Source of the DNA: Octopus sinensis | Lineage: Eukaryota | DNA length: 64,000 bases | Direction: 5' to 3' | Assembly (NCBI RefSeq): GCF_006345805.1 | Contig: NC_043005.1 | Location: forward strand, 65,906,001-65,970,000 | The notes under the pieces: model-generated | What the model saw: only the letters and a program-made list of their open reading frames with translations | Databases searched by the model: none | Told to the model about the DNA's origin: nothing | Shown here: one piece after another, positions 38,731 through 50,622 of the stretch | Layout of the letters: each line of letters opens with the position of its first letter | How positions within the stretch are numbered: the stretch's first letter is position 1 | Made by a program: the position numbers and the translations under genes

Positions 38731-40629
38731 ATATATATATCCATCCACCACCACCACCGAAAGATGAACAATTATCTCCCCTGTCCACAATAATGATACG
38801 TATTTAAATAAATGTTAATGTCATGATCAGCAAAAGCGAAACCAGTTGACAAACACAATATAAATTATATTAAAAATTATATTAAAACTATGTAAAGTGT
38901 GTGCATTTTCCTTCTTATATGTATTACAACTCACCACACGAGGCTAATTGAAATTCCTCCTTTTCTGTTACTATATATATAATATACTTTGTAACCTAAC
39001 ATGTGTAGGAACTTGGCAATTTCTACACTGAAAAAAAAAATGTACCTTAAAATCAAAGAAAATGTGGTTGGGCACAGTGCAATTATCACAAAAATCTTAA
39101 AGATGATTTGTAACACTAATAAGTAAATATAACAAACTTAGTGAGTACTACTTGAAATATATGCTGTACTGTAGTTATTAGAGAATTCTTTATCGTTTCT
39201 GTAGATAAATCAGTAGTGCTCATGTTCTAGTTTACTTTAAACAATTTTACATAAGAGAGATCTAAAGAGAAAATGATTGTGTGATTAAAGTCTGCTGACA
39301 TTAGATTTAATAATGCAGCCTGATATTCTAAGTAGAAGGTACTATTTGGTCTTATATAGGAACTTACATTAAGATACCCTATTAATTTTAAAATGTATTA
39401 TTTTATATTAAGTGGAAGATTTTTTACTATAACTAGTAAATTTTATTTATTACTGGCAATGCACACCTGTGTTGCCTGGGTGTTATGACCTACAACCACA
39501 TTGTATTATTTGTTCCTTTCTTAAGGGCAGAATCGGTACATGAGGAGTTTGAAGCGAACATATTCTTTATAGAGATTGCACCTAGAAAGTTCCCCTGCAA
39601 GGCACAAGCCCAGGCAAGGTTGTTTATAGAAGACCAGCTGTTGCCCATGCGTATCAGCCTCCTCTCTCCATCTTACTGATGTTATCCAAAGGAAAGGCAA
39701 AGGCTGATGATACAGCTTGGCACCAGTGATGTTACAACTCATTTCTACATCTGAATGAACTGGAGCAATGTGAAATAAAGGGTCTTGCTCAAGAACACAA
39801 CACACAGCCTGGTCCAGGAATCGAACTCACTACCTCATGATTATGCGTCCAATGCTCTAACCACTGAGTGATGCACCTTCACTTTGAAGGTATAGCCTAT
39901 ATGTAAATACTTATTAATTCCTGAAAGATTTTAAAGTATCAGCACGTATCTCTAGTTTGATAGTGCTAAGTAGATGAAAGATAAATATCCCTTTTAAGCT
40001 TCTAATTTATCACAGGTAACATTCTAGCACAAGCTGGCTCTCTTTGCTGATAAGGGAACTGAGTTTGTGTCTGCCAGGAAACAATAAAATAAGTGCAACA
40101 GATTTGAATTTGTGACCTATTTGATGTAATCTAAAATTCCATCTCTCTTACAATCTGGCACTCCAATACTATAGCCACATTTAAGCAGTTAATTAAATAC
40201 CTTATCCAACCTATGACCAAATTTTCTATCCCCTTTATTCAACCGTTCCTCTGCCTTCTCCTTCTATTACCAACCTCTATGGCTTAGATATTTGAGAATT
40301 ATTAACCGTTATATTATGTTGACCAAAACTTTTGCTATATTTTGGTAACTTATTTGCTTGATTCATAAGTTACAACAAAAATAGCTTAATATTCAAAGTA
40401 GAGTCCATTGTGTTGCACTGTTTGAAGCCACCTTTCTGGCAGTTCATCGATTCCACACTAATACCAGTTCCTGATCTTTGAGGTGAAGAACTTCTTCACT
40501 GAAGCTTCCACTTCTTCATTGATGAAGTGTTGTGAGTGCTGGAAGTGAGCCATGGATTGGAACAAATAATGTTACTTAATAAGACACTTATATTTGCCAA
40601 ATGCAACTCTGATTTATCTAAACATGAGA

Positions 40630-42345
40630 TTGATATTATATTAGCTGCCTGTAGTACAATAATTGATTATGATAACAAGCTATGGATAGGATTAATTGTA
40701 TTGATATAACAATAGAATCAGTGATTCAGCACAGGTTGCTGATCTTGTTGGTATTTACATTCTTTTCCAGATCAGGTGGTGAAGAAGGTTTATATAGGGA
40801 CAACACTCTTTTCCTTGTAGAGAATTGCAGTAGATTATAGTAAATTGCCCCTAACTATTGAAAAGACCATAAAGTAGTAAATTTTCTAGATGTAACTCTT
40901 AATCTAAACACAGAGTTTTTTTAACCATTCCATAAACCAAATGAGAATTTAAGATATGTTAATAAAAATTCAAATCTTCCACCTTTGGTATTAAAAAATA
41001 TTATGAAAAGCATATCAAATAGGGTGTCCAGGCAGTTGGCTAATGAAAGAATATTTAATTCATATGCAGTGTATTACAATGCAGCACTGGCTAGTGCTGG
41101 GTATAAGGATAAAATTAAATATTCACCTAATAAGATAACCAATATATATAGAAATGAGAAGTTGGGATGATAGATATATTTATGAACATAAAAATGATCT
41201 AATTAGTAGGGTTTCAGAATTATGGATGGAAAAAAGACTTAATTCTTAAATTGGGATGTAATAGTCAAATAAAAATAAATAAAAATAGTAATAAAGATAG
41301 CAGGCAGTGAGTAGGAAATGGGAACAAAAAAGCAGATTTAAATTCTTATTGAAATAACTCTACTAAAAACGAGAAAGAATACACTAGAACTCATACTAAA
41401 TCAAATAAAGGTGGTATATTATGGTTTGATCTGGTATTCAAATTATATGTGACATTCAAACTTGCTGGTGAATTTTTATCTTCGTTGGATAGATACTTTC
41501 CTAAATCTACTCGGTATAAGACTTTTAACAGGCATACAGTAAAATTGTCATATATGACATCACATAACCTTGAATACCATATTCACAAGCTAAATAATAG
41601 AAAGCTGAATTGAGCAAGAGTAGACTATCAAAATATGGTCCAAAATAGTGTAGGTCTGGGGAGTACAGAATACAGTAACACTAGGGGGTAAAATAATAAC
41701 TGTTCAAAGATTTTAATATAGATATCAACATTAATACAGATAGTGAAAATAACATTAAAAAATGGGGTAAATATTAATGATAATAGCAATTATGAATGAC
41801 ATAATTGTGAAAAATAGAAATAGTAATAATAGCAACATTAACAAACACATTTAGAAAACGCAATAGAGAAAATACAATGAGGGGAAACCAGGTTGCAAAT
41901 AATAATTTTAAAAAAGTGAAACTGTAGGGACAGGAATGCATGTCCTAGTAAATGACTTTTTACATAGGAGTATTATATATAAATGTAATGTAAACACAAG
42001 TGCGCATACATATGCATACATAGGTCTAACTAGCAACATCTTCAAGAACTGCTATAGGGACCATATTGCATCATTTTCCAACAGTTGCAAGAGACAATGG
42101 ACATCACTTGTGGATTTTATATGGGACCTCAAAAGAAGAAAAATAAATTACAACACCTCTTGGTTGGTACTACACAATATAAAACTGTATAATACATACT
42201 CAAAAGTAATTAACCTCTTTAGGTTACATACTTCAGAGATAATGTTATGTAAGGATAAAATAATTAACAAGCACTTGGAGATAGTTCTCATGTGCAACCA
42301 TAGACTGAAAAGTTCATTTCTGGAATTTAGGAAAAATATATAATG
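40630..42345 (+). mobile_element. Degenerate Penelope-like element, Naiad-type
   Basis: VNFLDVTLNL...KPNE.L.YV...SN.PP, ILWFD...FP....KTFNRHTVKLSY, NCR....CP, AYIGLTSNIFK..Y.DH..SF, FIWDLK....NY..SW, MCNH. Confidence 0.8.
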
Positions 42346-43969
42346 TTCAGAGTGATATTAGTTTTATTTAATGACTTGATGGTGAGCTGGCAGAGTTGTC
42401 AGCATGCTGGGCAAATTGCTTAGCAACATTTTGTCTGTCTTTACATTCTGAGTTCAAATTTTGCCAGGGTCAACTTTGCCTTTCATCCTTCTAGGGTCAA
42501 TAAATTAAGTACCAGTTGAATACTGGGGTTTATGTAATCAACTGAGACCTTCTCTGTACTTACTGGCAGTGTGCTTAAAATAAAATGATTGCTTTTTATA
42601 ACAAGCTAGTATTGTATTTTGCCTGTATTATGTAGTGATTACAATCATTTGAAAGTGCTGATAATAATGAAATGATAGTAATATGTTATTTGCTAGAAAT
42701 TTCTGTTATAATATTTTCGGTATTATTACTGGTTTGTTTTCATTAATATGAAACAAAGGCAGCAAAGTGGCAGAGTCATTAGCATGCCAGGCAAAATGCT
42801 GTTAAGCATTTTGTCTGTCTTTACTCTCTGACTTCAGATTCCGCTGGGGTCAGCTTTGTCTTTCATCTTTTTGGGGTTGATAAATTAAATACCGGTAAAA
42901 CACTGGGGTTGATGTAATCAACTAGTCCCCTCCCACAAAATTTCAGGCCTTATACCTTTAGTAGAGAGGATTAATATGGAGAAAACTTTTATAAAATTAT
43001 TAGGAATATGTGAGAGTAAAAATATTAATTTAACTTAACAATATATATATATAAAACAAGAATTGCTATTAGTTAATAGGTAGGTATACATATATATGTA
43101 TGTATGTAGGTTTTCTAGATGTATATATACATAAAAATATTAATTTATCAATATATATAAAACAAGAATTGCTACTAGTTGTAGCAATATATACTAGTTG
43201 TACATATATACCATTGTATATATGTATATATTTGTGTGTCTGTGTTTGTACCCCTACCATCACTTGATAACTGATGTTGGTGTGTTTACGTCCCCATAAT
43301 TTAGTGGTTTGGCAAAAAAGACTGATAGAATAAGTACTAGGCTTACAAAGAATAAGTCCTGGGGTCGATTTGTTCGACTAAAGGCAGTGCTCCAACATGG
43401 CCACAGTCAAATGACTGAAACAAGTGAAAGAGTAAGATATGGATTTTTGCAATTTTTGGTTGGTATTTTTTCTACAACGTAGAAGACATAACAAGTGAAT
43501 AATAAAGACTATCTTTTAGGGATGTTGTCTCCTAAGACCACACGTTACTATCTATTTTCTTTTGCTTGTTTCAGTCATTTGACTGCAGCCATGATGGAGC
43601 ACCACTTTTAGTCAAACAAATCGACCCCTGGACTTATTCATTGTAAGCCTAGTTCTTATTCTATCGGTCTCTTGTGCCGAACCACTAAGTTACAGGGACG
43701 GACATAAACACACCAACATCGGTTGTCAAGCGATGTTGGGGTGGGGGACAAACACAGTCACACAAACACACACACACATATATGATGGACCAGTCAATAA
43801 CTTTTTTGGTGGAGTGGGTAGATTGTGGGGAAAAGGGAATTTACAAAGGTTATGGACATTGCTACTTCTCTAATGATGATGATCTTAAAAGAAAAATCTC
43901 ATTTTTGACTAAAGAGAGTCTAACAACCATATTAATTAACAGTTCAAGATTTTTATTAGTGATACTGAT

Positions 43970-44310
43970 GAAGGTGCATGACTCAGTAGTTAGCATTTTG
44001 GACTCACAATCATGAAGTAGTGAGTTCGATTCCCAGACTGGGCCGTATGTTGTGTTCTTGAGTAAGACACTTTATTTCATGTTACTCCAATTCACTCAGC
44101 TATAGAAATGAGTTGCGACGTCATTGGTACCAAGCTGTATCAGCCTTTGTCTTTTCTTTGGATAACATCAGTGGTGTGGAAATGGAAGGCTGATATGCAT
44201 GGGCAACTGCTAGTCTTCCATAAACAACCTTGCCTAGACTTGTGCTTCAAAGGGGAACTTTCTAGGTGCAATCACACGGTCATTCATGACCAAAAGGGGT
44301 CTTTACCCTT
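43970..44310 (+). mobile_element. tRNA-headed SINE with V-like domain; copies at 63115-63440 (+), 39560-39870 (-); related element at 48480-48770 (+)
   Basis: tgactcagtagttag A box, gagttcgattccc B box, gtgttcttgagcaagacactttatttcac...ccagttcactcagctgtagaaatgag. Confidence 0.78.
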
Positions 44311-44452
44311 TAACCTTTTTACTGATGCAAAACCAATTTATATGTAAAAAAAAGCATTTATGATTAGATTTTTGAAACATTATTTAACTAAGTGTGTATG
44401 AAATATCATTTTTCTCACAAATCTCATTGCCTTATTATTATGTTTTTTACAG

Positions 44453-44592
44453 GACAAGAGAAATTTCCTAAGAAATCCTCCTGCGGGAGTTCAGTTCAGT
44501 TTTGATTTTGATACTGTCTATCCAATTGCAATGGCAACTCTACAAGAAGACCCTGAACTTCAGAAAATGAGGTTTGAGTTGGTGCCCAAACA
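44453..44592 (+). CDS. SYAP1: SYAP1 exon, BSD domain
   Basis: ttttttacag acceptor, CA|gtaagt donor, 140 bp phase 0-2. [46 protein letters not shown](Q). Confidence 0.96.
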
Positions 44593-44619
44593 GTAAGTAT
44601 ATCTATAGTTAAGCAGGCT

Positions 44620-45110
44620 AGTATTGGTGATGGAAAGTGAAGGGGTGTGACTGCTAAGAGAGTTTTAATGTTTAATCTAGAGATTCAGAGCAGTGTTTGG
44701 TCTGTCTTTGATTTCCGAGTAGGTGTTGAAGAAGGGATTGGGGGCAATAAAAAGGATGTTGGGGGCAATAAAAAGGATGTTATAGGTTTAGCTGGAGTAA
44801 AAAACATGATTATGAAAGTTCTCCCTTGAGAGAAAAGATTAGGCAAAACTGTTCAGTATTGAGTCTGAGAAATGAAATGTTGCAATTATCAGGGATGATG
44901 GAAAGGCAACTGGGAATTGAATTCTAAGTGTGCAGTGAGAAATAAGGAGTGAGTATGAAGCTGGAATTGTGACATTGAGAAAGTAGAAGTGCCTAATATC
45001 ATGATACTTATTAAAAATAAAGGGATATGAAGGGGAGTTAGAAAGTAAAGACTGGGAGTATATAATTTGATATTTCCATGTGATTTATGAAGTTTTTTAA
45101 AGACCCTTCT
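44620..45110 (-). mobile_element. Highly decayed PLE RT C-terminal fragment; similar decayed pieces at about 20950-21620 and 52620-53100 (-)
   Basis: LKNFINHM...FTF and FLNVTI motifs in a pyrimidine-rich minus strand. Confidence 0.45.
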
Positions 45111-45499
45111 TATATTTACTGGGATTAAATCATTGACTGTGTGCCTATTCTTTCAAATGTGTTTTTATGCCTACTTAAAAGAAATCTACTTAAATAACAG
45201 AATACCAGAAAAAATGCTTTGCAGAATTTACTTATGTGTTTTTACATCCTGAGCTCAGATGCCAACTTGGTCAACTTTGCTCATCATTTTTAAGGGTCTA
45301 ATAATAAAGGGTCACTTACAAGTGACTCTATATTTGTCTAAACCTTATGCCAAAGCTTTAGAAGAAATAAACCTGGTTTTGATGGGGGCCAGTCTTTGAT
45401 TTGGATCAATCAAAAACTTTCACAGGGCCAACCATCACTAATTGATTGCTTTCCTAAAAGCACCTGGTTTTGAATCTATTTTCGAAGGTACATTGGCAC

Positions 45500-46850
45500 T
45501 TATTCAGTGGTCAGTATACAGCCACACCTTGAAACATTTCATATTGCATGCTCAATCCATCAGGATTATCCTCTTTTATCTCTTCTACATGTACTGGCTC
45601 TTCAGCCATTGCTGCAAAAGCTATAACTATTGACAGGCATTCCATTGATCTGGAATGCACAAGATCGGTTTTGGCATATGCCAAAACAGATCTCACTGTA
45701 ATTTTGCCACTGTATTGGTGTCAGACACCATGAAAATTGGCATCATTCTAAGGAATACAAGGTGATGGATGAGCAAAGATAAATCAGTTTAGGGTAGCAG
45801 GCTTGAATCTTGGTACATAGAGAGGCAAGTCTGTACCATCAGGCAGTGTTGTAGGACTCTGAATGGACAGACTACTTAAACTGCTGGGGTCTGGTTCAAT
45901 TCAGACCTTCCAGGTGAACAGGAACTGGGAGAAGGTTATATGCAGAGTGGTTAGCATCATCCAGAAATGGGGAGGCTATCACTGAAAGATTGAGTTAGCA
46001 AATGCCAAATACCTCTGTCATTATTTACTATCTGACTGCATGCCTTGTGTCCCATCTTATGTTTAATCAGACTGGAGCATCTGCTCTACCACTTCCTGAG
46101 GATGGGATGCATTCCTCATGCTAGGCACTTTATTTGTTGCCATTATCCTTTGGTTGATAGATTTGGCCTACCTTGATTGCTAATTTTCAGACATGTGCTG
46201 TGGCTATGCCACTTGCAGAGATTTGTAACAAGTGTGGTCTCTGTTTGTAAGGCACATATATCTCTAGCTCTTCCTTTTGACGGAACTGTGGTCCTGGGTC
46301 AAGAATAGACCAATATTTGGCACCTGGTATCTGAAATGCTATTAGGTACTCACTGTCTATTACTTGACAGGTAATGCATTTGGCAGTTTTGTTTTAATAA
46401 TATTTAATGGTTTTGTGGTGGGTAAAAGTGGTTGATGTATCCAGGTAAACTCTGATCATTGACAAGCACAACCTCTCTGGTCTGTTCTGGAGGACTTATG
46501 TGTTGGAAACTACTATGGATAACTCCCAGAAATCCTTAGCTTGCTAATGCTACTGAGGGACACTACCAGTTTGATATGACTGTACAGGAACAGAAGTGCA
46601 GTCAGATAGGATTGTCCAAAATGTGTGCAGAGCAATGAAATTGTATTGCACACACTTGTGCATTGTCAAGGAGTGCTGAGTTTTGAAGTTATTAAACAAC
46701 AGTTGTCACATGTAAGATAGATCCAGCTATTGGCCAAGTCCATCATGGTTGCTCCTATGCCCTTCTTTAACAAGGCTGGGTTGGCAGTTTTCTTCAGTCT
46801 GGTACCTATGGCAAGAGAGGTTGTGTAGTGGAGAAGATTAAGAAAACTGA
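45500..46850 (-). mobile_element. Very decayed LTR-retrotransposon pol/integrase-like fragment
   Basis: Traces of HPQ.SGR and WD...V motifs; many stops. Confidence 0.35.
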
Positions 46851-47689
46851 AGAGAGACACTTTCCTCTTTAGTCAAGACTTTATTACCTTTTTTTATGTT
46901 AGATTTAGAAAAAGAGATGAGAGTGAAGAAAAAAGTTCTCTCCCACATTACCTGTAGGTGACGTTTGATATTTGGGTTCATCGATATCAACTACCACACA
47001 CGCACATAGATGTGCATTTCAAAATTTCCAGCCTTGTGCCTAAAACTGAAACTATTATTTTGTTATTATTATTGAGTGAGAGAGCAGTGCATACCATCAA
47101 GTTTCTGTCTACCAAATCCACTCACAAGGCTTTGGTTGGCCTGAGGCTACAGTAGAAGACATTTGCCCAAGGCACCATGCCATGTGGTTGGGAAGCAAGC
47201 TTCTTATTTCTTTACTACCCACAAGGGGCTAAACATAGAGGGGACAAACAAGGACAGACAAAGAGATTAAATCGATTAGATTGACTCCAGTGCGTAACTG
47301 GTACTTAATTTATTGACCCCGAAAGGATGAAAGGCAAAGTCAACCTTGGTGGAATTTGAACTCAGAACATAATGGCAGACGAAATACCGCTAAGCATTTC
47401 ACCCGGAGTGCTAACGTTTCTGCCAGCTCGCAAGCTTCTTACCACACAGCCACACCTGTGCCTCATATATTGGCTTTATTATTCTACCATATATTCTGGC
47501 TACTCTGATTGTGTTATCTATCCATTTTTCCAATACTAGTGTATCTTCTCCACCTAAACCAGCATTCTTACCTACTGGAAAAATCTGTACATTTGCTCTT
47601 TACCTGTGAAATCTCTGGTTGAGGTCTCTGCTCTGCCCCATATACCGTATTGGGGAGAAATTCCATTCAAGTGATCGAAGTTATCCACA

Positions 47690-47935
47690 ATAAAACAAAA
47701 AGAACCAAAACCCTGATGTATCAGGGCCTGGCAGTGAACTATCTCTACCAACATGTGGTGTTTGAGACATTTGGAGGGACTGAGCTATTATCTGTGAAGT
47801 TCTTGCCATTGTTGGCAACTCACCCCACTGAGGTGACAGGGGATACCTGTGAGGATGCTTGACTTTTCCAATGCCTTAGCCTTGCCATTGCTTAAGGTAA
47901 TGCCATGAGCATGCTGGCTTGCTTCAATAGGTTCC
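47690..47935 (+). mobile_element. C-terminal restriction-like endonuclease fragment of a CRE-type non-LTR element
   Basis: YQGLAVNYL...VVFETFGG.....FL..LATH.TEVTGD..E...LFQ.LSLAIA.GNA.SML. Confidence 0.65.
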
Positions 47936-49532
47936 ATTGAACCTTGTGGTGTGCAACCAATTGAAGCACTTGGTGCTGCATTGATGTTTTTTCTTTCTTT
48001 CTTTTATCTTTTTTTTTCTTGTCTTTCTTTTGTAAAATGCTACAATGTATTCATATTAGGTTGTAGTTTCCTTACAGCTTGACCGAATTTATTTAGCTCT
48101 TGCAAGGAATCAATTAACTGAATCTATATGTATGTTTACCTTGTATTAGTGTGTGTATGCTAAGAGACTAAAGTTAGAAAAATACATTATCTCACTTTAC
48201 ATTCTGAATTAAATTACTCTTCTTATCAACTTTGTTTGACATTGTTGATATTGGAATTGATGTTATCGACAATTTTTTTCCTCTATTTCCCTGTCAAGTA
48301 TCACAAATATTTTGTCTAGTACTGATACTTCAAAAGTATTGTAAGATACTTTTTGTGAAAAAAAAAGGGGTTTCTGATTGAGGTACAAGGCCAGCAATTT
48401 GGAGAGGAGGGACTTAGTTGATACCATTGACTCCTTAGTTGACTGATATTTTATTATAGGTCACTATAAATGAACTGAGTGGAGGCACATGGCCTAGTGG
48501 TTAGAGCAGCGGTCGAGGGATTGCGGGCTCGAATCTCAGACTGGGTGATCTGTGTGTTTATGAGCAAAACACCTAAGCTCCATGCGGCTCCGGCAGAAGG
48601 TAATGGTGAACTTCTGCTGACTCTTTTGCCACAACTTTCTCTCACTCTTTCCTCCTGCATCTTGCAGCTCACCTGTGACGAACTGGTGTCCCATCCAGGT
48701 GGGGAACTTATAGACCAAGGAAACCAGCCCTATGAGCCAGGGATGGCTCAAGAAGGAACAAACATAAATGAACTGAAAAGCATGTTTACCCTAGTGGAAT
48801 TTGAACTCAGAATGTAGAAAATTAGAAAAATATCACAAGGCATTTTTACCGACATTCTGTTGATTCTACCAGCTCACCATCTTGTCTTTTTGTGAGAGAA
48901 ATCCTACAACTCAGTGTTTACTTTTTGTTCACAGTACCTTCATATAATATATTCATATGAAAATAATAATAGTGGTAACAATGTCTGGGGCTACATTTGT
49001 GTATCAACTCAACAGTGTGTGTGAGAGAGAGAGAGAGTAGGGAGTGGAGTTTTTGTGGCTCAAATCAGAGGTACAAGGGGTACAGTGCCATGACTGTGGT
49101 AACCCTCCAACTAAGTGTAATCATACTGCACTTCCTCCTACCTCTTTCTGTTGTACTCCTTTCATCTCACTTCCATTCTTACATCCACCTATTCTTTGCA
49201 TTCACAAAACAGTTTTCTCCTAGTTCTCTTTTATTCTACTACTACTTATTTGTAGTTGATTAATTTTGATCACCACTGCTGTTGGATTTACCTTATTATT
49301 CAAGCTGTGGAACAGAAGACAATTCTACAGAAAGAAACCGAAAAAGGAATTACACTGGATATTAAACTTGATGTTTCAAAAAGGCTTGATGTGGGAGCAA
49401 TAGATCAGCTACATTATGAAAACACTAAATCTTGCAATGTCTTCAGTAGACACAATGCATGACAACTGAGAAAAATAAAGTCAAGTTCCTTAATTGCTTG
49501 AAACTTATTTTTTCATAGATCAAATGTGATGC

Positions 49533-49757
49533 TTTACCCTTTCGTTACTGTATTTATTTCGAGATGCTCTCTGTTTCTTTCAATTAATTTTAAATATAAC
49601 AAAGAATTTAGTAAAATAGCTTAGTTATCATTCAGCTAGTGTTAGGAACATAAATTATGACTAAGGTTTGGTAGAAGATTTTAATTAAAAACTTATAAAA
49701 ACAAGTCATTTGTACTCAGAGCCAGTTTCTGCCGGGTTGGTAATAAAAGGGGTAAAA
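49533..49757. mobile_element. Probable piggyBac-like MITE (decayed ends)
   Basis: ttaccctttcgttact ... ggtaataaaaggggtaa inverted termini. Confidence 0.55.
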
Positions 49758-50530
49758 TGGGGTAACTTGTGTGTATGAATTGAGGATCAGATTTGATGTA
49801 ATGTGCCTTTATGTATAATGCCAAAAGTTTGTATGATGATTTGCAGAAAAACTTAGATTAAGCTTATAATAAAAGTGTTTTCTGACCAATAAAGGCTGGT
49901 TTGAAAGGCTTAAGAAGTTCTTTAATTTACATTACATAAAACAACTGGTGAAATTGCCAGTGCTAATACAGAGGCTGCTAGTACTTATTCTATCAGTCCC
50001 TCTTGCTGAACCGCTAAGTGATGGGAACGTAAACACACCAGCATCGATTGTCAAGCGATGTTGGGGGGGGGGGGTCAAACACAGACACACAAACATACAC
50101 ACACACACACATACATACATCATCATCATCATCATCGTTTAATGTCCGCTTTCCATGCTAGCATGGATTGGACAAATGCACACACACACACATATATATA
50201 CATATATATATAACGGGCTTCTTTCAGTTTCCGTCTACCAAATCCACTCACAAGGCTTTGGTCAGCCCAAGGCTATAGTAGAAGACACTTGCCCAAGGTG
50301 CCATGCAGTGGGACTGAACCCAGAACCATGTGGTTGGTAAACAAGCTACTTACCACACAGCCAACAAAAAAAAATTGTTCTTGCATTTAGTTTTCTGTCA
50401 TTCTCATTGGTTTCCTTTTTTTCCTTTTTTTTTTCTAAAAACCTAATTTAAATAAAATATTATATCATTCTGTTAAAGATACTAATTTCTTTCAAATCAT
50501 TCAATTTTTCTGTCCTCGCTCTGATGAAAG

Positions 50531-50622
50531 AATTAATGAGGAGAACTTCTGGCGAAACTACTTTTACCGAGTATCCCTTATCAAGCAATCAACTCAACTT
50601 ACCTCAATTGCTCAATCTACTG
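50531..50622 (+). CDS. SYAP1: SYAP1 exon, end of BSD domain
   Basis: Phase 2 start joins the previous exon. [30 protein letters not shown](G) has the BSD F-W-x-x-Y-F motif; G|gtaagt donor. Confidence 0.95.

Noticed and set aside
44737-44782. 21-bp tandem duplication; also a 22-bp one at about 27568-27615
   Set aside because: Ordinary slippage duplications within decayed sequence.
49256-49462. 68-aa ORF in a SYAP1 intron
   Set aside because: No recognisable motif or convincing splice sites; not needed for the SYAP1 frame.
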